A DNA stretch of 50,007 nucleotides from Minisyncoccota bacterium (GTDB lineage: Bacteria > Patescibacteriota > Minisyncoccia > Phycocordibacterales > UBA2100), in contig JAYWCB010000015.1 of NCBI GenBank assembly GCA_043780835.1, forward strand, positions 1 through 50,007. Direction: 5' to 3'. Position numbers and translations under genes: made by a program. Under the pieces are notes generated by a model. The model was given only the letters and a program-made list of their open reading frames with translations, was not told where the DNA came from and did not search any database. Within the stretch, counting starts at the first letter, position 1. Each line of letters opens with the position of its first letter. Positions 36,634 to 46,901 of the stretch are shown here, in pieces.

Positions 36634-38430
36634 ATGGACGACTCCTCCGGGAATACTCCCGTACTTCAGAAAAGCTTAACGCGTCAACGCAGTATCCTGC
36701 GTTTCGCGGCTCTCGATGAATTGTTGGCTCGCTTCTCACCTGCTGAGCGGCTCATATTGTATATTCTCACCTTTACCCTCTCGGTTTCAGCACTTGCACT
36801 TCTTGCGGGTGCCAACGAAACCGTATCGGTCAATATCCCTTCTCGTGGCGGCTCGATTACCGAAGGGCTCGTTGGTCCGGCCCGATTCATCAACCCCGTT
36901 CTTGCCACATCCGCGGCGGATGCCGATCTCACCGCGCTTACCTATTCGGGCCTGGTGCGGGCGCTTCCTGACGGCACCACGGTGCCGGATCTTGCAGAGA
37001 GTTACAGCATTTCTCCGGACGGAACGACGTATACCTTTGTGCTGCGCAAAAAAGCGACATTCCATGACGGCAAGCCCGTAACTTCCGCCGATGTCGTGTA
37101 CACGATTAAACAGATTCAGAATCCGGCAGTAAAAAGTCCGCACCGATCCGACTGGGACGGCGTGGTCATAACTACTCCGAATGAGCGCACGGTCGTACTT
37201 ACACTCCCGCATGCCTATGCACCATTCATCGAAAACTGCTCTCTCGGCATTTTGCCCGAACATCTCTGGAAATCGACGAGTCCTGAAGACTTTCCGTTTA
37301 ACCCGCTCAATACACACCCTATCGGCTCGGGACCCTATCGCATTTCGCAGGTATCTGTGGATTCGACCGGATCAGCGACCCGTTTCGATATGGAGCCGTT
37401 TGATAATTTTACGCTCGGTCGCCCAAACATTACGTCGTTCTCTTTGCGACTCTATGCCAACGAGGATGCAATCGTCAGCGCCTTTAACAAAGGAGAAATC
37501 GGTACGGTAGCAGGCATTTCTTCCGAGCAGCTTGCATCGCTTAATCTCGGAAATTCCACCGTCATACGCACTACACTTCCCCGCATTTTTGGCGTATTCC
37601 TCAACAAAAGCCATGCTGCTGTGTTTGGAGATGCGGCGGTGCGAAGCGCGCTTGATATTGCGCTCGATAAAGACCGGCTCGTACGCGAAACCCTCGGCGG
37701 TTTTGCCACACCGATTTCTAGCCCGGTGCCACCGAGGAATTCAGGCGAAGTGGTCGGTCCGACAAGTACATCCAGCGCCGTTTCAACGGCGTATACATTG
37801 GATTCCATCGCTGCCGCGCGCGATGCACTCACTCGCGGCGGTTGGATCTGGAACAATGCTGAGGGTGTGTGGAAAAAAGGCACACAGGTATTGCAGTTCA
37901 CGCTTTCAACGACCGATACTCCGGAACTTGTGGCGAGCGCAAACGCTGTTATTACTGCATGGCGACAAGCCGGAGTGAAAGTGACACTCAAGGTGTACTC
38001 GCTCGCCGAATTAAACACGACCGTTATTCGCCCGCGCGAATACGATGCCATCCTCTTCGGCGAAGTCGTCGGCCGCGAGCCTGATCTCTACGCATTTTGG
38101 CACTCGTCGCAACGCAACGATCCGGGCCTCAATCTTTCCTTGTACGTAAATGCGAAAGCTGATACACTCCTCACGCAAGCACGCGCGACGACGAAAAAGG
38201 AGGATCGCGACAAGCTCAACATGGAATTTGCAGATCTGGTCCGCGAGGATCAGCCGGCCATCTTTCTGTACGCTCCGGACTTCCTCTACGTATTTCCGAA
38301 GCACGTGACCGGAGTAAAAATCGGATCTCTCACCTCGCCTTCGGAGCGATACGCCAACGTGTACCGGTGGTACACCGATACAGAGCGTGTGTGGGAGATA
38401 TTTGCCCGAAATCCTGACCAAACACTTTAA
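36634..38430 (+). CDS. Peptide ABC transporter substrate-binding protein (family 5), membrane anchored
   Basis: PDLAES..DGTTYTFVLR..FHDGKPVTSADVVYT, PIGSGPY. Confidence 0.9.
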   Translation: MDDSSGNTPVLQKSLTRQRSILRFAALDELLARFSPAERLILYILTFTLSVSALALLAGANETVSVNIPSRGGSITEGLVGPARFINPVLATSAADADLTALTYSGLVRALPDGTTVPDLAESYSISPDGTTYTFVLRKKATFHDGKPVTSADVVYTIKQIQNPAVKSPHRSDWDGVVITTPNERTVVLTLPHAYAPFIENCSLGILPEHLWKSTSPEDFPFNPLNTHPIGSGPYRISQVSVDSTGSATRFDMEPFDNFTLGRPNITSFSLRLYANEDAIVSAFNKGEIGTVAGISSEQLASLNLGNSTVIRTTLPRIFGVFLNKSHAAVFGDAAVRSALDIALDKDRLVRETLGGFATPISSPVPPRNSGEVVGPTSTSSAVSTAYTLDSIAAARDALTRGGWIWNNAEGVWKKGTQVLQFTLSTTDTPELVASANAVITAWRQAGVKVTLKVYSLAELNTTVIRPREYDAILFGEVVGREPDLYAFWHSSQRNDPGLNLSLYVNAKADTLLTQARATTKKEDRDKLNMEFADLVREDQPAIFLYAPDFLYVFPKHVTGVKIGSLTSPSERYANVYRWYTDTERVWEIFARNPDQTL

Positions 38431-38462
38431 ATTGTTACAAACGCATTATAGAAATCATTATT

Positions 38463-40475
38463 ATGGAACATTTCTCGAATAAAGGCGGCGCCTTCGTGCC
38501 CGCACCAAACGGCCAGCCGAACAATACCGGCGGCCAACAGCCTCGCGGCCAAAAACCGTCCGGCCGTCCGAACGTGAACCCGAACCAAAATCCGAATCAG
38601 AATCCAAATCCGAATCAGAATCCAAATCCGAATCAGAAACCTGAAGATCGACCACCGCAGCAGCCCGGGCAAAAGCCGGGTCGCGGGCGAAGCCGGCGGC
38701 CGTTCAGTTCTCGCCCTGCGCGTCCACCTCGTGGCCGAACTAAAGTAGAACACCAGGCTCCATCGCTTCGCGATAAAAAGCCGGTGCAAATTGTGCCTCC
38801 GCCGAAAGACGACGTCGTGCGCATTATTCCGCTCGGTGGCGTCGAAGAAATCGGTCGCAACATGACCGCCGTGCAATTCCGCGACGACATTTTCATTCTC
38901 GATGCGGGTTTCGCATTCTCCGAAGACGATACACCCGGAATCGATTACATCCTGCCAAATACCGGGTACCTCGAAGAAAACCGCGATAAAATCCGTGGAC
39001 TTCTGATCTCGCACGGTCACTTGGACCACATCGGTGCGATCCCCTACATTATCGATCGTATCGGAAACCCGACGATCTACACGCGTCGCCTCACTGGCAT
39101 GATGATCAAGAAGCGCCAGGAAGAATTCTCTCAGGTTGCACCGGTTCAAATTCGTGAAGTCGAAAAGGATGAAGTAATCAAACTTGGACAATTGACGATC
39201 CGGTTTTTCGGCGTCACCCACACCGTGCCGGATTCGATGGGCATCATTATTGAAACTCCGTACGGCGACGTGGTATTTACCGGCGACATTAAGCTGAATC
39301 ACGAAGGAGGCGAACCGTCCGACGAAGAAAAGCGCGAGTTCGGAATATTCAAAGACCGCAATGTGCTAGCACTCCTCATGGATTCCACAAATGTGTGGCA
39401 ACCGGGCTTCTCTATTCCGGAGTCAAACGTGTATCGCACCCTCGAAAAGATAATCAAAGACTCGAAGGGTCGCCTTATCATCGCAATGTTTGCGTCGCAC
39501 CTTGAACGATTGATCCGCGTTGTGAAGTTTGCCGAAGACCACGGCAAGAAAATCGTGATCGACGGCCGTTCAATGAAAACCAATATTGAAATCGCGCGTG
39601 AGCTTGGTCTCATCAAATACAAAGACGACACCGTGGTTACGGTGGAAAACATGCTCCAGTATCCGCCGGAGCGCATGATCATCCTCGCAACCGGCGCACA
39701 GGGAGACGAATTCGCCTCGCTCGCTCGCATCGGTAACAAAACACACAAGTACATTCGCCTCCAGCCGACCGATACCATCGTACTCTCGTCATCCGTCATT
39801 CCGGGCAATGAGCGCGCCGTGCAAAAGCTGAAAGACAATCTTTCACGCCAAGGTGCGCACATCATCACCTATCACGCGAGCGACGTGCATGCATCCGGTC
39901 ACGGCAATCGCGAAGAGGCGGTATGGATTCACAAGCAGATCCGTCCGAAGTTCTTCGTCCCGCTGCACGGCTATCACTACATGCTGCGTGTGCATGCAGA
40001 TCTTGCAGTCGAAATGGGCGTCAATCCGAAGAATGTGATTGTGCCGGATAATTCATCCGTTCTCGAGATCATTGCCGGTGAAAAGATCGTCAAACACGCG
40101 ATCAAGGCTCCCTCTGAGTTACGCGTAGTGGAAGGACACACCGTCTCCGAATTGTCCGATGTTCTCATGCGCGATCGTAAAGCACTCGGACAAGAAGGAT
40201 TCTGCGTGGTCGTTGCAACCGTTGATCGCCGCACCGGCAAACTCCACAAGTCACCCGATATTATTTCCCGCGGGTTCGTGTATTTGCGCGACAACAAAGA
40301 CCTGATGGATCAAACGCGCCTCATCATCCGCAAATCAGTGGAGACATCAATGCGCAATCCGCGTGCCGCCGATCTGGATATCGCACGCGAAGATCTCGCC
40401 GAAGCGGTCGCACGATTCCTCTTGCAGCGCACCATGAAGCGCCCCATCGTGATCCCGGTGATCGTCAGTATCTAG
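38463..40475 (+). CDS. rnj: Ribonuclease J with disordered N-terminal extension
   Basis: PLGGVEEIGRNM, HGHLDHIGA, TGAQG, HASGH, SRGFVY. Confidence 0.95.
   Translation: MEHFSNKGGAFVPAPNGQPNNTGGQQPRGQKPSGRPNVNPNQNPNQNPNPNQNPNPNQKPEDRPPQQPGQKPGRGRSRRPFSSRPARPPRGRTKVEHQAPSLRDKKPVQIVPPPKDDVVRIIPLGGVEEIGRNMTAVQFRDDIFILDAGFAFSEDDTPGIDYILPNTGYLEENRDKIRGLLISHGHLDHIGAIPYIIDRIGNPTIYTRRLTGMMIKKRQEEFSQVAPVQIREVEKDEVIKLGQLTIRFFGVTHTVPDSMGIIIETPYGDVVFTGDIKLNHEGGEPSDEEKREFGIFKDRNVLALLMDSTNVWQPGFSIPESNVYRTLEKIIKDSKGRLIIAMFASHLERLIRVVKFAEDHGKKIVIDGRSMKTNIEIARELGLIKYKDDTVVTVENMLQYPPERMIILATGAQGDEFASLARIGNKTHKYIRLQPTDTIVLSSSVIPGNERAVQKLKDNLSRQGAHIITYHASDVHASGHGNREEAVWIHKQIRPKFFVPLHGYHYMLRVHADLAVEMGVNPKNVIVPDNSSVLEIIAGEKIVKHAIKAPSELRVVEGHTVSELSDVLMRDRKALGQEGFCVVVATVDRRTGKLHKSPDIISRGFVYLRDNKDLMDQTRLIIRKSVETSMRNPRAADLDIAREDLAEAVARFLLQRTMKRPIVIPVIVSI
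38572..38640 (+). repeat. In-frame NPNQ/NP tandem repeats in rnj
   Basis: aatccgaatcagaatccaaatccgaatcag... Confidence 0.8.
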
Positions 40476-40476
40476 C

Positions 40477-40500
40477 AAAACTGGCCTCAGGCCAGTTTTT
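40477..40500 (+). terminator. Terminator after rnj
   Basis: aaaactggcc-tca-ggccagttttt. Confidence 0.75.
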
Positions 40501-40543
40501 GGTATATACAGAATCACAGCCACGAGAAACGAGGAGACTTAGG

Positions 40544-40858
40544 ATGATTGTGTATAAAGCAAGTGCAGATGTGCGCATAATGCGAGCAGAGTCGTTTCAA
40601 AACATCTTTCGGTCTGAGGAGGAAGTGTTCGTTGAGCTGCCTGGCAGCACAAGCCCTATTCGAATTCCGAATGATGCAGAGCACGAAGCATATTTCTGGT
40701 CCGGACCCGCAGTGTTTTCAACCCCTGGGCGCTTTGAAGAGGTTCGCGCATATATGCGCCATTATTTTGTAGATGCAGATTCCGTTCAGAAACACTGGAA
40801 ACATCGCGCGGAAATAGACGAAGCTATACGAGCAGCACTGGAGAGCCATTCCTCCTGA
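40544..40858 (+). CDS. Hypothetical protein
   Basis: AGGAG upstream, hairpin plus T-tract downstream. Confidence 0.6.
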   Translation: MIVYKASADVRIMRAESFQNIFRSEEEVFVELPGSTSPIRIPNDAEHEAYFWSGPAVFSTPGRFEEVRAYMRHYFVDADSVQKHWKHRAEIDEAIRAALESHSS

Positions 40859-40965
40859 CGAGAATCATTCCAAAACAAAAGCGCAGTCAACATGGCTGTG
40901 CTTTTTTCTTTATTGACACATATCGTGTACGAGCACATATTCAGTTAGGTTCACTGCAGAGGAGT

Positions 40966-41322
40966 TTGATCATGGCAATTAATGCTCTATTGATCGCAAC
41001 ATCGAACGATGCGGCACTCAAAACACTCGGTGACATTCAGCGGTATGCAATGCCGAACCGGTTCTCGCTCTCATCGCTGGCACGAGTGCTCGAGAGAATG
41101 GGTCACTCGGAGGTGCTCCACGCTCAGCTGTCATGGCTGGTCGCACATGAATACCTGAAGAAAGATGTCGCCGCTGTGTATGACGTGACGAAAAAAGGCA
41201 GAGCGTATAGTTCCGCACGCGTACATGAAGTCGACGATTCCCCGATGTTTGACTTCCTTTCAACGAATCACGCGCTTGAGCCCGCTCAAACTGATCCGCG
41301 ACAAACTCGTCGCTGTCAGTAA
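40966..41322 (+). CDS. Hypothetical protein, possible winged-helix
   Basis: AGGAG upstream; LSWLVAHEYL..YDVTKKG wing-like motif. Confidence 0.55.
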   Translation: MIMAINALLIATSNDAALKTLGDIQRYAMPNRFSLSSLARVLERMGHSEVLHAQLSWLVAHEYLKKDVAAVYDVTKKGRAYSSARVHEVDDSPMFDFLSTNHALEPAQTDPRQTRRCQ

Positions 41323-41329
41323 AAAAGAC

Positions 41330-41361
41330 AAAGACTCGGAATCATCAGATTCCGAGTCTTT
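41330..41361. terminator. Bidirectional terminator between convergent genes
   Basis: aaagactcggaatc-atca-gattccgagtcttt. Confidence 0.7.
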
Positions 41362-41368
41362 CACTTTG

Positions 41369-41866
41369 CTAGGCAAGTGCTTTTTTCAGATCGTCACGCA
41401 TTGCATGGAGTGTCACCGTATCCGGCTTATAGGCATCGCATGGGGAAAAATTCTGTCCCCAGCGTTTGTCTTCGTAGGCGCGTCCGCGGTACCAGCGCGA
41501 CTTGCGGTAGCGCGGAATGAGATGCATGTGGCCGTGGCCGCCGTGCTCGTGGAATAAGTTACCGAGCCACGCGTAGTTCATATGGTCCGGTGCCCACAAT
41601 GCATGCAGTCCAAATTCCGCATCGCGTATCACCTGCTGCAATTCGAGAAGTTCCGCATTCGAAAGACTCGAATATAGCTGCATCGTCCCTTCTCGCATGA
41701 GCCAAATCACCATGCGCCCGAGGTAGTTTTGGTTATCGCTCACCATGAGCGTCCAGCGCTCATATTCCCTCACGATCGTGTGAATATACTCGGAATCAAT
41801 ACTACGGTACTTTTTGCCGCGCATCGTTAATGCTGCAACACTCATGACATCACCTCTCTGATTCAA
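41369..41866 (-). CDS. HIT family hydrolase (start uncertain)
   Basis: PDHMNYAWLGN..HGHMHLIPRY histidine triad. Confidence 0.85.
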   Translation of the reverse strand: MNQRGDVMSVAALTMRGKKYRSIDSEYIHTIVREYERWTLMVSDNQNYLGRMVIWLMREGTMQLYSSLSNAELLELQQVIRDAEFGLHALWAPDHMNYAWLGNLFHEHGGHGHMHLIPRYRKSRWYRGRAYEDKRWGQNFSPCDAYKPDTVTLHAMRDDLKKALA

Positions 41867-41910
41867 ACTATGGGATTGATATCACTTACGGAGAATCCGC
41901 GCCAGTAGCA

Positions 41911-42717
41911 CTACGCGATGCGCCAACTTCCCCTATTACTCACGACAAGTCCGTCTTTTTTGAGTCCTGTAAGAGCCTGTCGGATCATGTGACCTTCAAA
42001 TGATAATTTATTTGCGATGGCGAGATCACCGTGCGCTCCGTCGTTCAAAATTTTAATAATTGCTCCACGAACCTCGCGCAGTGAACCAACGAATTTATTT
42101 TGCATGACATATGATGCGCTTCTTCTAGTGGGGTTCACATGAAGTTTCTTCATGGAGGAGCCGTAATCCATGAGTGCCCAGTACCATTCACGCGGATCCT
42201 GATTTTCAGCACACGATTCTATAAGCGGCACAAGGTCGCGATCATGAACCGCTTTCTGATTCGGAAAGAAATAATGGATGTATGCCGCTCGCACGTTCGT
42301 TTCTATCATCATGTGCGTCTCGTTGAACGCAAACGTGCGCACTGCCGCTTTGGTATACGGCCCGACTCCGGGCAAACGTTCACGTGTCGCTTTTTCCACA
42401 TTGCCGCCGTACTCATTGACGATCACTTTTGCGGCGTCATGCAGGTATTTGCCCCGACGGTTGTAGCCAAGGCCGCTCCATTCTTTCAAGACCGCCGAGA
42501 GCGGCGCCTTGGCAAGCGTTTTCACATTCGGGAACATTTTGAGAAATGTTTTGTATTTTTCTATGACCCGGGGTACCTGCGTTTGCTGCAGCATGATTTC
42601 TGAAACAAGTATTTTGTACGGATCCCGTGTCTTTCTCCACGGCAGATCGTGTCGCCCGTTCGCTTTGTACTGTTTCCAGACTGCTCGTCGGAATGCGGCG
42701 CGCTCCTTAGATGTCAT
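41911..42717 (-). CDS. mutY: A/G-specific adenine glycosylase, MutY-like, lacking Fe-S cysteines
   Basis: LPWR, VSEIMLQQTQV, WSGLGYNRR, LPGVGPYT. Confidence 0.85.
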   Translation of the reverse strand: MTSKERAAFRRAVWKQYKANGRHDLPWRKTRDPYKILVSEIMLQQTQVPRVIEKYKTFLKMFPNVKTLAKAPLSAVLKEWSGLGYNRRGKYLHDAAKVIVNEYGGNVEKATRERLPGVGPYTKAAVRTFAFNETHMMIETNVRAAYIHYFFPNQKAVHDRDLVPLIESCAENQDPREWYWALMDYGSSMKKLHVNPTRRSASYVMQNKFVGSLREVRGAIIKILNDGAHGDLAIANKLSFEGHMIRQALTGLKKDGLVVSNRGSWRIA

Positions 42718-43408
42718 ATACGACGTCCTTACGCTCCACCTTTACCTCCCAACCAAGTCGTTGAGCCACTTTGTAGAGCTTCATATTTGGATTAAAACAA
42801 ATCGGACGCACCACCATCTCTAAAAATGGGATGTCACTCTCGGTGTCCCCTACACCGATGGAATACGCAAGCGAGAGGTTCGCTTTCTCGATCGCCCGCT
42901 TTACGATATTGGCTTTATTAAAAATTAAATGCTCGTCGGTAATCACACCGGTGAACAGATCTTGCGGACCGATTTCATATACCGTGCCGTACGATTTATC
43001 GAAACCAAGTCGCGGGCAAAATTTATCGAGCACGGTCTTGGGCGAATGTGAGACTGCAAGCAGGTAGTACCCTTTGGATTTTAGAAGCTTGATGAGGTCA
43101 CGCGTGTAGCGATAGGTGCGTTTCCATTGTTCATCGACGAGTTGTTCCGACGCTTCAACAAGTTCTCCGTAATGCACTCCTTTGAGGTGTGATTTAAACG
43201 CACGAACGACCGCCTCGATGTACTCTTGGTAATCGCCTTCGCGATCGAGCCATTTGCGACGCTCTTTCTCATACACAGCTTTCGCATCAGGCGGAAAGGC
43301 GCCGCGCTCAATGAGTGTATCCACGAGCTGAATCAATAGTGATGAACGGAATATTGTTCCGTCAACATCGAATACGGCGAGCTTCTTCCGCTCGATACGT
43401 TCTGCCAT
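42707..43408 (-). CDS. HAD-IB family hydrolase
   Basis: FDVDGT, GVGDTESDIPFL, NP; start reassigned to 43408 (TACCAT 6 nt upstream). Confidence 0.9.
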   Translation of the reverse strand: MAERIERKKLAVFDVDGTIFRSSLLIQLVDTLIERGAFPPDAKAVYEKERRKWLDREGDYQEYIEAVVRAFKSHLKGVHYGELVEASEQLVDEQWKRTYRYTRDLIKLLKSKGYYLLAVSHSPKTVLDKFCPRLGFDKSYGTVYEIGPQDLFTGVITDEHLIFNKANIVKRAIEKANLSLAYSIGVGDTESDIPFLEMVVRPICFNPNMKLYKVAQRLGWEVKVERKDVVYDI

Positions 43409-43505
43409 GCGGCCATGGTACACACAGCGACGTGCTTGCGGAATGCGCCGTTCTATTGCATATTCGTTGCGGTACCAATTGTGGTAGCCATAGGGAGTAG
43501 ACGGA

Positions 43506-43940
43506 ATGTCCTTACAGGATTCACGGTCTATCAGGAGCCATTTGAACCGCAGCACCCGCATTCTCATACCGAGCCACCGGGAAGAGCGGAAGCTAAAACG
43601 CCCACCGCCTCCGGAGGTGAGAATGCTCGATGGACGACACGTGAGTTCAATGCAGTTCGATGACATGTTCGAGTCTTCTCGCGCCGCACTCGAAGGGAGC
43701 GCACGCGGCTGCGCTGAGCTCGTCAAAAGTTTCGTCGGACGTGAGTGGAACCCCGTTCGTAAGTGGATCGATGGACAGCGTAGCCGACTCACTGCTTCCG
43801 GAAATGACTGCGTGGTGTCTGACGACACATTCATCGCAGTACTCATTGCTCACTCGGCGTCGTACCGCAAAGTCACCCCGAAACTATTGCTCAACGAAAT
43901 CATCCGGCATCAAACGGTCAGTATCCTTTTCAGAAACTGA
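43506..43940 (+). CDS. Hypothetical protein
   Basis: GGGAG upstream, terminator downstream, fills the gap once the HAD start is corrected. Confidence 0.5.
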   Translation: MSLQDSRSIRSHLNRSTRILIPSHREERKLKRPPPPEVRMLDGRHVSSMQFDDMFESSRAALEGSARGCAELVKSFVGREWNPVRKWIDGQRSRLTASGNDCVVSDDTFIAVLIAHSASYRKVTPKLLLNEIIRHQTVSILFRN

Positions 43941-43965
43941 TCACGGTTGTTCTCCATGATCCTGA

Positions 43966-43993
43966 CGGACGGCACAATGTGCCGTCCGTTTTT
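43966..43993 (+). terminator. Intrinsic terminator
   Basis: ggacggcaca-a-tgtgccgtcc followed by T-tract. Confidence 0.7.
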
Positions 43994-44018
43994 ATTTTGC
44001 ATATGATACCGTGAATAT

Positions 44019-44921
44019 ATGAAACGAGTCGCCGTACTTATGGGTGGATGGTCAGCGGAGCGCGAAGTTTCGCTTCGCTCAGGTGCTGCGTGTGCAGATG
44101 CGGTACAAGAGCGGTACGAAATCGTGCGCATTGATGTGGACAGATCAGTCGTTGAGAAATTGCGCGACGCAAAACCGGATGTCGCACTTAATATGCTACA
44201 CGGACCGTTTGGCGAAGATGGTGGTATGCAAGCACTGCTGGAATTTCTCGAAATTCCCTATTCCCATTCGGGGGTTCTCGCGTCTGCAATGGCAATGAAC
44301 AAAGCACGTTCGCGCGAAGTCTTTAAAGCCGCAGGTATTCCTGTTGCTGTCGGCGAAGTCGTCTCACGCTTCGATGCGGCGCGCGAGCATGTACTCATGC
44401 CGCCATACGTACTCAAACCTATTGCCAACGGCTCTAGTGTCGGCGTCTGTATCGTAAAAGAGGGCGACGTGCCACCCGCCGCTATTGCATCTGAAGATTG
44501 GAAATTTGGCGAGCTTGTACTGGCAGAGAAATATATTCCCGGCCGTGAACTCACCTGTGCAGTTAGGGGTAGCAAAGCCCTCGGAGTAACGGAAATCACG
44601 TCTGATCTTTCATTTTATGACTACCAAGCGAAGTATGCTCCCGGCGGATCCAGCCACATATTGCCGGCGAACATTCCTGCCGACCTCTACAAACAAATTC
44701 AGGACTACGCACTTCGCGCACACAATGCACTCGGATGCCGCGGAGTTACGCGAAGCGATTTTCGGTATGACGACGCCACAGGGACGCTTGTATGTCTCGA
44801 AACAAATACGCAACCCGGCATGACTGCCACGTCGCTCGTACCGGAGATGGCGGCACACGCAGGCATGATGTTTCCAGACCTTGTGTCGTGGATGATCGAA
44901 GACGCGTCGCTCAGCCGGTAA
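44019..44921 (+). CDS. ddl: D-alanine--D-alanine ligase
   Basis: GGWSAEREVSL, LHGPFGEDG, GSSVG, YDYQAKY, NTQPGMT. Confidence 0.95.
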   Translation: MKRVAVLMGGWSAEREVSLRSGAACADAVQERYEIVRIDVDRSVVEKLRDAKPDVALNMLHGPFGEDGGMQALLEFLEIPYSHSGVLASAMAMNKARSREVFKAAGIPVAVGEVVSRFDAAREHVLMPPYVLKPIANGSSVGVCIVKEGDVPPAAIASEDWKFGELVLAEKYIPGRELTCAVRGSKALGVTEITSDLSFYDYQAKYAPGGSSHILPANIPADLYKQIQDYALRAHNALGCRGVTRSDFRYDDATGTLVCLETNTQPGMTATSLVPEMAAHAGMMFPDLVSWMIEDASLSR

Positions 44922-44990
44922 CATCGCGGCACTTTTGCCACACGCGCTCACATAGTGTAGGTTTGGCACTGGCAAAAAAAGGAGAACGCA

Positions 44991-45374
44991 ATGGATGATC
45001 CGGATTCAATCCTGATGGACGAGCCGCTGAGTAAACTTCGAGATTTGCGGAGCATTTATCCGAACGCACGGGGCGGCGATGTAACGTACTTGTTTGCAGC
45101 GTATTTTGCAGATCCGGAATCAGAGTATTTTGATGATGGGGATCGCATTTTGCCGGAAGAATTCATGATCACATGGGCGCAGGCAATGAAGGATGTAGCA
45201 GCCGGAGAAAATTCGTTCAACGGGGAGCGCGTGCCATCTGAAATGACGATGCTCGGAATGACTATTGAAACCGAAGTGACGCTTGATACAGAAGGAATCT
45301 CGCGTGTGGTCTTCCCGCAACACTTCGCCGATGCCGTATCGGAAATGATGGCATATGCAAGATTGATGGAATAA
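44991..45374 (+). CDS. Acidic hypothetical protein
   Basis: AAGGAG upstream; 127-aa ORF abutting the nth stop. Confidence 0.6.
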   Translation: MDDPDSILMDEPLSKLRDLRSIYPNARGGDVTYLFAAYFADPESEYFDDGDRILPEEFMITWAQAMKDVAAGENSFNGERVPSEMTMLGMTIETEVTLDTEGISRVVFPQHFADAVSEMMAYARLME

Positions 45375-46100
45375 TCACGGATAAGTACTACATGGGCGGC
45401 TACGGCCGCTCTTTTGTTTTGCAGATTTTGCCGACGCCTTGAGCCACCGATTGCGGCTTTCCGGCCAGAGCGCTGTGAGCGTATGCACCGAGCAATCATG
45501 CTTATTCGCTTTGCAGATATAACGCCCGTAGAGGACGAATCCGTTATTAACGAAGCGCCAATCTTTCTTTGGCACAAGCGCTTCAAGATCTTTAGAGATT
45601 TTATATAAATCGAGATTGTCGCTCAGGTCGAAGCGATACGCGAAACGCTTCACATGCGTATCCGTCGGAATCCCCTCCCAGGTGTCGTACAACTCACCCA
45701 AAACCACGTTGGCAGTTTTATATGCCACACCGGGAAGTGTGATTAACTCCGGCACCGATGTGGGAACCTTCCCGTCAAAATTGTTCTCAACAATCTTTGC
45801 CGCCGCGATGATCGCTTTTGCTTTATTGCGAAAAAACGTTACCGACGAGATTTCCTGAGTCAGTGTCGCGAGATCAGCGCCTGCAAAGTCTTTCGGTGTT
45901 TTGTATTTCTTAAACAACGGCTCGGTAACCCGATTGACTACTTTGTCGGTGCATTGCGCCGACATGAGCACCGCAACCACTAACTGAAACGGCGTTGCAT
46001 AATTGAGCTCAGTTTTAGGGGCGGGATATTTTTTTTTCAAAAAAGCGACGATTCTTTTGGCCCGTGCTTTCCGTTCCTCCAGTTTTGACCCATGCGACAT
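45375..46100 (-). CDS. nth: Endonuclease III
   Basis: PFQLVVAVLMSAQCTD, LPGVAYKTANVV, DTHV. Confidence 0.92.
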   Translation of the reverse strand: MSHGSKLEERKARAKRIVAFLKKKYPAPKTELNYATPFQLVVAVLMSAQCTDKVVNRVTEPLFKKYKTPKDFAGADLATLTQEISSVTFFRNKAKAIIAAAKIVENNFDGKVPTSVPELITLPGVAYKTANVVLGELYDTWEGIPTDTHVKRFAYRFDLSDNLDLYKISKDLEALVPKKDWRFVNNGFVLYGRYICKANKHDCSVHTLTALWPESRNRWLKASAKSAKQKSGRSRPCSTYP

Positions 46101-46145
46101 CGCGGCATAGTAACAAAAAAGCGGAAAAGTGCTTTCCGCGGAAAA

Positions 46146-46883
46146 CTAGCGTACGAGAAACGTTGCCTTTGCAGTTACCATCACTACTTTATCGATGGTC
46201 GATGTGTCGTATGACCCGTAGTCAGAAACGTCGGTTGAATTCGGCGCCATTACCTGCACCACACCGCTCGCGGCAGACTGCAGTCGGCCCACGTCTTGCC
46301 CAACAGAATGCGCGATTTCAGCTGCGCGCGCTTTTGCGTCTTTTACTGCATTCCCAATAAGCGACACGCGCAGTTCGGGCAAATTCGAGATGTAGTACTG
46401 CGGCTGCATGACCGACACAAAAATACCGCGCGATGAAAGGCTCGAAACATCTTTTGAGAGACGCTCAACGAGATGCGGATTGTGCGATTCCACTTCGATT
46501 TGTTCATGGATGTTGTAGCGAATCGGTGCACCATTTTTTGCATCAGAATAATCCTGATCAACAGCAATCGCGCTGGTGTTCACGCTTGATGCGGCGACGC
46601 CATTTTTTGCGAAGAATGCTACAACCGCATCGGCGTCAGTGCCGACCTGATTTTGCACTTGCGAAATATTCCCTTCTGAGGCGCTTCGAGAAACACTCAC
46701 GCTCAATTTCCCAATATCAGCGCTCGATGTTGCGGTCGCTGATCCGGTTACCGTGAGGGTATTTGAAAGCGCATGCACGCCATACAATGCATACGCTGCG
46801 ACGATCGCAGCGAGCACAATTGCGCCCCCAAGTACGAGCGCCGGCCCGATGCCGAATTCCTTAACCGTTGCGCGAATATTCAT
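46146..46883 (-). CDS. SIMPL (DUF541) domain protein
   Basis: N-terminal TM, LTVTGSA, AVKDAKARAAEIA, YGSYDTSTIDK. Confidence 0.85.
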   Translation of the reverse strand: MNIRATVKEFGIGPALVLGGAIVLAAIVAAYALYGVHALSNTLTVTGSATATSSADIGKLSVSVSRSASEGNISQVQNQVGTDADAVVAFFAKNGVAASSVNTSAIAVDQDYSDAKNGAPIRYNIHEQIEVESHNPHLVERLSKDVSSLSSRGIFVSVMQPQYYISNLPELRVSLIGNAVKDAKARAAEIAHSVGQDVGRLQSAASGVVQVMAPNSTDVSDYGSYDTSTIDKVVMVTAKATFLVR

Positions 46884-46901
46884 GTACTCAGTCTACCACC
46901 A

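Noticed and set aside
43409-43846. 146-aa N-terminal extension of the HAD ORF
   Set aside because: Not protein-like; the HAD motif and -10 box place the start at 43408
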